DNA of 64,000 nt from an uncultured Clostridia bacterium (GTDB lineage: Bacteria > Bacillota > Clostridia > Christensenellales > Borkfalkiaceae), in NCBI GenBank assembly GCA_947630605.1, contig CANRIO010000002.1, positions 9 through 64,008 on the forward strand, given 5' to 3'. Each line of letters starts with the position of its first letter. Within the stretch, counting starts at the first letter, position 1. A program made the position numbers and the translations under genes. A model generated the notes under the pieces. It saw only the letters and a list, made by a program, of their open reading frames with translations, was not told where the DNA came from and did not search any database. Positions 53,289 through 60,983 of the stretch are shown here, one piece after another.

Positions 53289-55154
53289 TTACTTTTTCAA
53301 GCTCAAATAGATCATGAGGACGGCGATGTCGGCGGGGGAGACGCCCGAGATGCGTGCCGCCTGTCCGAAGTTCAGGGGGCGGATGCGGCCGAGCTTTTCC
53401 CTTGCCTCCAGCCGAAGTCCCGTAATTTTCTCGTAGTCGATGTCGGGCGGGAGGGGCTTTTCCTCCATCCGCTTCGCCTTCTCGATCTCCTCCCCGCTGC
53501 GTTTCAAGTACCCCGCATACTTCACTTCCGTCTCGCAGGCAAGAAGGACGTCCCGCGGCACATCTTCGAGGATATGGAAGTTCTCGCAGATCTCCTTTAA
53601 GGGAATACCGCGGCGGAGAAGGTCGGCAAAAGTCACGGAGGAAGTGAGGGGGGAGTAGCCGTATTTTTGCACGAGCGCGTCCGCGGTTTTTTGCTCTGCG
53701 CGTGCCTCGAGTGCGGACATGGTACCCTCCTTTTTGCTCTTCCGCGCAAGAAACCGCTCATACCGCTCCCTTGTCGCAAGGCCCGACTTATAGCCTATTT
53801 CCGTGAGCCGCTCGTCGGCGTTATCCTGCCGGAGGGAGAGGCGGAACTCCGCCCGCGAGGTCATCATGCGGTAGGGCTCCTCGGTGCCCTTCGTCACGAG
53901 GTCGTCGATGAGGACGCCGATATACGCCTGGTCCCGCCGAAGCACGAGCGGGGGAAGGCCGCGGAGCTTCAGGGATGCATTCAGCCCCGCCATGAGGCCC
54001 TGCGCGGCGGCCTCTTCGTAGCCGCTCGTCCCGTTGATCTGTCCCGCAAGATACAGCCCCTCCACCCGCTTGTATTCGAGGGTGGGCAGAAGGTCGAGGG
54101 AGTCGATGCAGTCGTACTCGATGGCGTAGGCATAGCGCATGATCTCGCACTTTTCCAGCCCCTTTACCGAGCGGTAGACCTCCTTTTGCAGGTCGTGGGG
54201 GAGGGAGGTGGAGAGCCCCTGCACATACACCTCCGTCGTGTCCGCCCCCTCGGGTTCTAAAAAGAGCTGATGCCGCTCCTTGTCCGAAAACCGCACCACC
54301 TTCGTCTCGATGGAGGGGCAATAGCGCGGCCCCGCCGAGGAGATCTGCCCGTTGTAGAGGGGGGCACGGTCGAGATTTTTGAGAATGATCTCGTGCGTCT
54401 TTTGGTTGGTGTAGGCGAGGTGGCAGGGAGTTTGGCTCTCGGGCAGCTTCTCATTCATGAAGGAGAAGGGGAAGACGTCCTCCCCCGGCTGGACGGGGAG
54501 GGCGGCAAAGTCCACCGTGCGTCCGTCGAGGCGGGCGGGCGTGCCCGTCTTGAACCTCCTTATGCGAAGGCCGAGGTCTGCAAGATTTTGGGTGAGAAGG
54601 GTGGCGCGTTCGAAGCCGTTGGGGCCCGCATCGCGGACATGGGTGCCAGTAATTGTGCGTGCACCGAGATAGACGCCCGTTGCGACGACGACCGCGCGGC
54701 AGGAAAATATTCCCCCGTAGGAAGTGCGAACGCCCGTGACTTTTCCGTTTTCCGTTAAAATTTCGGCCGCTTCGCCTTGCACGATGCGAAGGTTTTCGGT
54801 ATGTTCGAAGACCCGCTTCATCTCGGTGTGATAGCGGTTTTTATCCACCTGTGTGCGGAGGGACTGCACCGCCGCGCCCTTGCCCTCGTTGAGCATGCGG
54901 TACTGCAGGGCGCACCTGTCGGCGCACAGCCCCATCTCCCCGCCGAGGGCGTCGATCTCACGCACCAAATGCCCCTTCGCGGTGCCGCCGACGGAGGGGT
55001 TGCAGGGCATGAAGCCGATACTGTCGAGATTGAGGGTCAGAACGACGGTCTTTTGTCCCGTCCGCGCAAGGGCGAGTGCGGCCTCCGCACCCGCATGTCC
55101 CGCGCCGATGACAACGGCGTCGCATGCCCCTTCGAAAAAAGTCTGCATATCCAA
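53289..55154 (-). CDS. mnmG: tRNA uridine 5-carboxymethylaminomethyl modification enzyme MnmG (GidA).
   Basis: 621 aa, with DAVVIGAGHAGAEAALA, PCNPSVGGTAKGHLVREIDALGG and a C-terminal GVSPADI. Confidence 0.97.
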   Translation of the reverse strand: MDMQTFFEGACDAVVIGAGHAGAEAALALARTGQKTVVLTLNLDSIGFMPCNPSVGGTAKGHLVREIDALGGEMGLCADRCALQYRMLNEGKGAAVQSLRTQVDKNRYHTEMKRVFEHTENLRIVQGEAAEILTENGKVTGVRTSYGGIFSCRAVVVATGVYLGARTITGTHVRDAGPNGFERATLLTQNLADLGLRIRRFKTGTPARLDGRTVDFAALPVQPGEDVFPFSFMNEKLPESQTPCHLAYTNQKTHEIILKNLDRAPLYNGQISSAGPRYCPSIETKVVRFSDKERHQLFLEPEGADTTEVYVQGLSTSLPHDLQKEVYRSVKGLEKCEIMRYAYAIEYDCIDSLDLLPTLEYKRVEGLYLAGQINGTSGYEEAAAQGLMAGLNASLKLRGLPPLVLRRDQAYIGVLIDDLVTKGTEEPYRMMTSRAEFRLSLRQDNADERLTEIGYKSGLATRERYERFLARKSKKEGTMSALEARAEQKTADALVQKYGYSPLTSSVTFADLLRRGIPLKEICENFHILEDVPRDVLLACETEVKYAGYLKRSGEEIEKAKRMEEKPLPPDIDYEKITGLRLEAREKLGRIRPLNFGQAARISGVSPADIAVLMIYLSLKK

Positions 55155-55198
55155 AAAGAATGCCCCGCCTGCCCGTTGCGGGCGGACAGGGCGGGTTT

Positions 55199-56548
55199 TT
55201 ATTGTTTGAGAACGACGCTCCGGATGTCGTTCACTTCCTTCAAGATGGTGTCGTTCACGCGCATGAGCTCCTCCACCTTATCCCGCGAATAGATGACCGT
55301 CGCATGGTCCCTTCCGCCCATCTCTTTTCCGATGGAGACGAGGGGAAGGGTGAGCATGTCGCACATGAGGTAGGTGCAGATCTGCCTTGCCCGCACGAGT
55401 TCCTGCCGCTTGCTCTTGCCGCAGAGGTCCTCTTTTTTCACCTTGAAGTAGCCGCACGTCGCGCGGATGATCGTCTCCGCCGTGATGTCCTCGGGCTCTG
55501 CCGCCGTGATGGATTCCTGCAGGGCGGTCGCCGCAAGTTTCAAAGAGATGGGCTCCTCGTGGAGCTTGCTCGCAAAGATGACGGTGTTGAGCCTTCCCTC
55601 CAAGGTGCGCACATTGTTGTCGGAATTCTGCACGAGGAAGCCGAGCACGTCGTCGGGGATGATGTACTTCTTCTCGAGGGCTTTGCGCTTTAAGATCGCG
55701 ATCTTCGTCTCGATGTCGGGCGGTTGGATGTCGGCGATGAGCCCCCCTTCGAAGCGGGTGCGAAGGCGTTCCTCAAGCGTCGTGAGTTCCTTTGCGGGGC
55801 AGTCGGAGGAGATGACGATCTGCTTGTTCTGCGAGAAGAGTTCGTTGAAGGTATTGAAAAATTCCTCCTGCACGCCGCGCTTGCCCGCCCAGCTCTGGAT
55901 GTCGTCGATAAGCAGAACGTCCACGTTGCGGTAGCGGTTGCGAAAGCGCGCATTCGCCTCCCTCCCTTCGCCCGACTTGGAGTAGACGATGCTGTCGACG
56001 TATTCGTTCAGGAAGCGTTCGCTCGTCGTGTAGAGGACCTTGAGGGAGGGCTTCTTCTCGGCAAGTTCATTGGCGATGGCCTGCAGAAGGTGCGTCTTTC
56101 CGAGGCCGCTCCCGCCGTAGATGTAGAGGGGGTTGAAGTTCTCCCCGGGAGCAGAAGCGACAGACCTTGCCGCCGCATAGACGAGTTTATTGGAGGCACC
56201 CACGACGAAGGAGTCGAAGGTGAACCGCTTGTCCGTCTGGACAAAAACTTCCTCCATGGCGTCGGGCATCTCGCTCATGGCGTAAGTATCGCTCCCGTCC
56301 ACGACGATGACGATATCCGAGAGCCCGATGTTTGCGGCAACGGCCGCCTCGCGGAGCTGGGGAAGATGGCTCTTCGTGATGGTGTTCGCCCCCGTCTCGG
56401 TGAGAGCCTTCAAGACCAATTTTTTATTGACGACGTCCACGGGGACAAGTCCCTCGATGAAGGTATCGAAGGAGACGGGGTTGATGAGGGGGCGCGCCCG
56501 CTCTTTGACTTTTTCCCACAGAACTTCAAATTGTGTCTTTTCGGCCAT
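55199..56548 (-). CDS. dnaA: Chromosomal replication initiator protein DnaA.
   Basis: 449 aa. Contains Walker A GGSGLGKTHLL, box VII, and a domain IV ending GGRDHATVIYSRDKV. Confidence 0.97.
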   Translation of the reverse strand: MAEKTQFEVLWEKVKERARPLINPVSFDTFIEGLVPVDVVNKKLVLKALTETGANTITKSHLPQLREAAVAANIGLSDIVIVVDGSDTYAMSEMPDAMEEVFVQTDKRFTFDSFVVGASNKLVYAAARSVASAPGENFNPLYIYGGSGLGKTHLLQAIANELAEKKPSLKVLYTTSERFLNEYVDSIVYSKSGEGREANARFRNRYRNVDVLLIDDIQSWAGKRGVQEEFFNTFNELFSQNKQIVISSDCPAKELTTLEERLRTRFEGGLIADIQPPDIETKIAILKRKALEKKYIIPDDVLGFLVQNSDNNVRTLEGRLNTVIFASKLHEEPISLKLAATALQESITAAEPEDITAETIIRATCGYFKVKKEDLCGKSKRQELVRARQICTYLMCDMLTLPLVSIGKEMGGRDHATVIYSRDKVEELMRVNDTILKEVNDIRSVVLKQ

Positions 56549-56692
56549 ATTTTTCCCCTCAAACGCTTTGTGTTTTTCGCAAAATTTGCTATAATATCCT
56601 TGCGGACGGAAGGGCTCCTTCCGTGCCCGCCTCTCAGTGTGTATAACTTATTATAATACAAAATCCTCCGAAAAGAAAGTGTTTTTGCCGAA

Positions 56693-57778
56693 ATGGTCGT
56701 AAAAAAATTGACGCTGAAAAATTTCAGAAATTATGAGGATGAGACCTTCGCCTTCGACGACGGCCTCAATATCCTCACGGGCAGAAACGCACAGGGCAAG
56801 ACCAACTGCGTCGAGGCGGTGTTCTACCTCTGCACGGGGGCGTCTCTCCGCATCCGCCACGATCGGCAGCTCATCCGGAGGGGGGAAGAGCGGGCACAGA
56901 TTTCCGCGGAAGCTCTGACCCGCTTCGGGCGCGTCCTTTTGGAGGCGGTCATCTTTGAAAACAAGCGGGAGCTCTATCTCAACGGGAACAAGGTCACCCG
57001 CTCGGTGGACTTCATCGGGAACATGAAGAGCGTCTTCTTCTCCCCGGGGGAGTTGCGCCTCATACAGGACGGCCCCGACGAGCGGAGAAGATTTCTCAAC
57101 CTCTCCATCTCGCAGACCTCCAAGGAGTACGCACAGGCCCTCCTTCGGTTCGGCCGCATCCTCGAACAGCGGAACGACCTTCTCAAGAACAGGGACGCCT
57201 CCCTCATCCTCGACACCCTCCCCGTCTGGGACGAACAGCTCTCCCTCTGCGCCGCCCGCATCATCAAAAAGCGGCAGGAATATCTGCAAAAGCTATCCGT
57301 CATCGCCGCCGATGCGCACGCCTGTCTCACGGACGGGGCGGAACAGCTCGCCCTCTCCTTGGACAAGGAATACAAGGGGGAGGAGGGGGACATCGCCAAA
57401 AAACTTCAGCGGGAACTTTCCGCCTGCTATGAGCGGGATATCCGCCTCGGGTTCACCTCCGTGGGGCCGCATCGCGACGATATCAAAATTTCCATCGGCG
57501 GCGCGGACGCCCGCAGTTTCTCCTCGCAGGGACAGGCGCGCACGGCCGCCCTTGCCATGAAGCTCGCCGAAGTGGAGATCTTCCGCACCCTCTCGGGGGA
57601 GCCGCCCGTCCTCATCCTCGACGACGTGATGAGCGAGCTGGACCTTCCGAGGAGGAAGAAACTTCTCTCCCGCGTGAAGGACGTTCAGTGCATCCTGACC
57701 TGCACGCACGCAGAGCGAGTCCTCTACGGCGCAGAGTGTAAAAAAATCAAGATAAGCGAAGGAAAAATTATACAATGA
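56693..57778 (+). CDS. recF: DNA replication and repair protein RecF.
   Basis: 361 aa, with LKNFRNYED, GRNAQGKTNCVEA and the signature SQGQARTAALAMKLAE...LILDDVMSELD. Confidence 0.95.
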   Translation: MVVKKLTLKNFRNYEDETFAFDDGLNILTGRNAQGKTNCVEAVFYLCTGASLRIRHDRQLIRRGEERAQISAEALTRFGRVLLEAVIFENKRELYLNGNKVTRSVDFIGNMKSVFFSPGELRLIQDGPDERRRFLNLSISQTSKEYAQALLRFGRILEQRNDLLKNRDASLILDTLPVWDEQLSLCAARIIKKRQEYLQKLSVIAADAHACLTDGAEQLALSLDKEYKGEEGDIAKKLQRELSACYERDIRLGFTSVGPHRDDIKISIGGADARSFSSQGQARTAALAMKLAEVEIFRTLSGEPPVLILDDVMSELDLPRRKKLLSRVKDVQCILTCTHAERVLYGAECKKIKISEGKIIQ

Positions 57779-58680
57779 GAGCAGATCTGCACATGCATTC
57801 CATATGCTCCGACGGGGCGCTTCCCCCCGAGAAGCTTGCCCGCCGTGCAAAAGAGGAGGGGCTTTTCCTCTTTTCCCTCACCGACCACGACACCCTTGCG
57901 GGGCAGGAGGAGGCCGCGGCCGCCGCAAAGAAGGCCGGTGTGCACTTTGTCCGCGGGGTGGAGATCTCCGCCTATCTCGGGGCGACGAAGGTGCACGTCC
58001 TCGGCTATGGCTGCAGGGCGGGGGAGGCGTACGAAAAGTTCTTAAAAGACCGTGTCGACGGGGCGAGAAAGCGCGCCGAAGAGATCGTCGAAAGGGCGAA
58101 CGCGCACTTCGGGTTCCATGTCACGCTCGACGACGTCGAGGCATACCATGCCCGGAAGGAGACCCCACTGCACACCATGCAGATCGTCCATACCTATGCC
58201 GAAATTTTGCACATGAACGTCGCTCAGCTTTACCGCGAGGCATTCGGCCCCTACAAGCCCGCCTATTCGGACATCTGCCGCCCCACGCCGCAGGATGCGG
58301 TGCGCATCGTGCATGAGATGGGCGGCCTTGCCGTGCTCGCCCACCCCGCACAGATCCTCGTTTTGCCGCAAGAAGTGTCCGAAAAGTTCCACACCTTTAC
58401 AAGGTCACAGCGCGAGTGGGCGAAGATCCGCTATGCGGGGGCACGCGACGCCCTCATGGAGGAGCTCGTATGCTGCGGGCTCGACGGCATAGAATGCTAC
58501 CATTCGACGCATACTGAAAGGGAGTCGAAGGAGTTTTCATCCTTTGCGTCGCAGCACGGCCTCTTCATAACGGGCGGCTCGGACTTCCATGCGGACGGCG
58601 AGGGCCGGCGCATCGGCTATCCCCCGTTCGACGCCGAAGAGGTGGAAGAGAGGCTCCTTTCGCTCGACGGGAGCGTATGA
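57775..58680 (+). CDS. PHP-domain metal-dependent phosphoesterase (TrpH/YciV-like).
   Basis: 301 aa, with MRADLHMHSICSDG, SLTDHDT and VLAHP...GGSDFH. The start overlaps the recF stop. Confidence 0.85.
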   Translation: MRADLHMHSICSDGALPPEKLARRAKEEGLFLFSLTDHDTLAGQEEAAAAAKKAGVHFVRGVEISAYLGATKVHVLGYGCRAGEAYEKFLKDRVDGARKRAEEIVERANAHFGFHVTLDDVEAYHARKETPLHTMQIVHTYAEILHMNVAQLYREAFGPYKPAYSDICRPTPQDAVRIVHEMGGLAVLAHPAQILVLPQEVSEKFHTFTRSQREWAKIRYAGARDALMEELVCCGLDGIECYHSTHTERESKEFSSFASQHGLFITGGSDFHADGEGRRIGYPPFDAEEVEERLLSLDGSV

Positions 58681-59897
58681 AACACATGAAAACCATCGCG
58701 CTCCTCCTTGCGGGGAGCTTTTTTTTGGGCGGTTGCGCGGGCGGAACGGTCAGGCGCGGCGTCAAGGTGAACGGCATCGACGTCGGGGGGATGAACCTTC
58801 CCGCGGCGGCGGAGAGGGTGCGGGAAACGCTTACAAAGGACCCCCTTGTCATCTCCTGTCCGAACGGGGAATTTACCGCCACGCTCGACTACTCCGACGA
58901 CCTCGAAGAGCAGCTGAAAAATGCCAAACGTAACGCCTCTCTCTCGGTCATGGTACGGCGCGAATACGTCAACATGGAGGAAGAGCTCGCCGCGCTCTGC
59001 ATGGAGAATGCCCGCGAGGGCCGCCCCGCCGAGCTCTCCTTTTCCGCCGAGGGATTCTCCTACACCCCCGAGGAAAACGGCCTCTCCTGCGACTATGAGA
59101 AACTGCTCCGCGACGCCTCGGAGGCCCTGAAAAACGGCGGCACGCGGGTGAAGCTTAGCTGTAGCGAAGTGCCTCCCGCCGTCACCGTGGAGAGTTTGAA
59201 GGAGAGGACGCAGTTGCTCTCGAGCTTTTCCACCTCCTTCGACGAAAAAAACGCGCCCCGCACGCACAACATCGCCCTCGCGGGAGGGCGGATCGCGGGT
59301 ACGACGCTCTTGCCCGGGGAGGTGTTCTCCTTCAATGAAAAGGTGGGAAAACGCACAAAGGAGAACGGCTTCGAGGAGGCCGCCGTCATCTTTGAGGGGG
59401 AATTCGTTCAGGGCGTGGGCGGCGGCGTCTGCCAGGCCTCGACCACCCTCTTCGGCGCGGCCCTCAGGGCGGGGCTTTGCATCACCGAGAGCCATCCCCA
59501 TTCCCTCTCCGTCGGCTATGTCTCCCCCTCCGAGGACGCCATGGTCTCCGAATTCAGCGACTTAAAGTTCCGCAACCCCTATCTCTATCCCGTGTATCTG
59601 CTCGCAGAGACGGAAGAGGGGAGGGTGACCTTCTCCGTCTTCGGCATGCCGGACGGGAAGCGCCATCGGGTGGAGGGCCGCATCCTCTCCGAGATCGAAC
59701 CCCCGCCTGCCGAGGTGGTGGAGGGGACGGCGAACAGGACGCTGAGAAAGGAGAAAAAGGGAATAAGGAGCGAGAGCTTCCTCGTCGTCTCGGAGGGGGA
59801 GCGGGAGCTCTCCCGCACGCTGATCAGAAGGGATACTTATGCCGCCGTAAGAGGGATCGAGGAGCGGATGCCCGCTCCTCTTGTGCCGTTTGAATAA
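58677..59897 (+). CDS. VanW-family lipoprotein.
   Basis: 406 aa. The lipobox is LLLAGSFFLGGC. The VanW core is LLPGEVFSFNEKVGKRTKENGFEEA...GGGVCQASTTLF...HSLSVGYV. Confidence 0.85.
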   Translation: MKHMKTIALLLAGSFFLGGCAGGTVRRGVKVNGIDVGGMNLPAAAERVRETLTKDPLVISCPNGEFTATLDYSDDLEEQLKNAKRNASLSVMVRREYVNMEEELAALCMENAREGRPAELSFSAEGFSYTPEENGLSCDYEKLLRDASEALKNGGTRVKLSCSEVPPAVTVESLKERTQLLSSFSTSFDEKNAPRTHNIALAGGRIAGTTLLPGEVFSFNEKVGKRTKENGFEEAAVIFEGEFVQGVGGGVCQASTTLFGAALRAGLCITESHPHSLSVGYVSPSEDAMVSEFSDLKFRNPYLYPVYLLAETEEGRVTFSVFGMPDGKRHRVEGRILSEIEPPPAEVVEGTANRTLRKEKKGIRSESFLVVSEGERELSRTLIRRDTYAAVRGIEERMPAPLVPFE

Positions 59898-59939
59898 AGC
59901 GAATCGCGTATAGGCTACGAAATACTGTGTCGTGATCGC

Positions 59940-60325
59940 GTCATGCTGAGCCGACCAATAGGGATGAAAACCGCGAGCCTATCTCCGAAGCATCCCCCCA
60001 TACGAAGTCCGATGTATCAACCGCGTCATGAATTTTTCTCCTCATCTCGACGACACGATAGTGGCGCACGAGCCGAAGGCGAAGTACGCATCTATCGCGG
60101 CGGAGGAGACCCCTACAGACCCATGAAGCCTTATCGTTTACGTAGGGATTCCCTCGGCTTCGCCTACTTCGCGCCAAGGCGCTCGTGCCGCGCTTAGTAG
60201 GCAATAGTGCGCGCGGGGCGGAATGAGGACTCCGTGGGACGCTCTTCCGCTATTGCCCCCTCCGTGGGAGGGCACGGGACGCATGCCCCCTCCGTGGGAG
60301 GGGGGTAGGGGGGTGGGGCGCACTC
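59940..60325. repeat. Repeat cluster R10 (A left half, C element with an insertion, two E-type G-rich units).
   Basis: GTCATGCTGAGCCGACCAATAGGGATGAAAACC... Then CCTCATCTCGACG...GGGATTCCCTCGGCTTCGCC...GGAATGAGG, then CCCCCTCCGTGGGAGGG twice, the second continuing as GGGGGGTAGGGGGGTGGGGCG. Confidence 0.8.
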
Positions 60326-60376
60326 TTCCCTTTCCATTCTCCTCCAACTTTTTTTCTCAAAACGGGGCAAAATAGC

Positions 60377-60405
60377 TTGCTTTTTGCAAAATTATCCTCT
60401 ATAAT
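60377..60405 (+). promoter_or_regulatory. Promoter of rplS.
   Basis: TTGCTT (60377..60382), a 17-nt spacer, then TATAAT (60400..60405). The leader is about 65 nt. Confidence 0.6.
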
Positions 60406-60475
60406 GAACAAGTGACTTCGGGCGGTCCTCTGCAAAGATGCACGAACGCCGCGTAAAACATGGAGGTAAAGTCAA

Positions 60476-60817
60476 ATGGGACTCATCGAACAGATCGAGG
60501 CCGAGGGCATGAAGGAGAATGTTCCTTCCTTCAACGTCGGCGACACCGTCAAGGTGGGCTACCGCATCATCGAAGGCGGCAAGGAGAGGATCCAGAACTT
60601 CGAGGGCGTCGTCATCGCCAAGAAGAACGGCGGCATCCGCGAGACGTTCACCGTCCGCCGTCTTTCCTTCGGGGTGGGCGTCGAACGTTGCTTCCCCCTG
60701 CATTCTCCCAAGATCGCGTATGTGAACGTGGTGAGAGCGGGCAAAGTGCGTCGCGCAAAGCTCTATTATCTTCGCGGGCGTACAGGCAAAGCCGCCAAGA
60801 TCAAGGAAAAGAAGTGA
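60476..60817 (+). CDS. rplS: 50S ribosomal protein L19.
   Basis: 113 aa, with [44 protein letters not shown]. Confidence 0.97.
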   Translation: MGLIEQIEAEGMKENVPSFNVGDTVKVGYRIIEGGKERIQNFEGVVIAKKNGGIRETFTVRRLSFGVGVERCFPLHSPKIAYVNVVRAGKVRRAKLYYLRGRTGKAAKIKEKK

Positions 60818-60983
60818 GAAAAGGAAAACTGCCCGGGACGGGGCGGTTTTCTTTTTTTGTAAATTTTCGGTTTCGATTTTGGGGGAAATAAAGAAATTTG
60901 AAAAAATGGCGGAAAATTCGTTTACAATTCCGCCGCAATCGGTTAGAATAAAGGAAATCACTCTATAATAGGGAAAGAGACAC

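Noticed and set aside
56549-56692. oriC in the dnaA-recF spacer.
   Set aside because: There is only one 1-mismatch DnaA box (56637..56645) and no AT-rich DUE. The 144-nt spacer is mostly promoters plus a GC hairpin (ACGGAAGG-GCT-CCTTCCGT). It is reported as an anomaly, not called as an origin.
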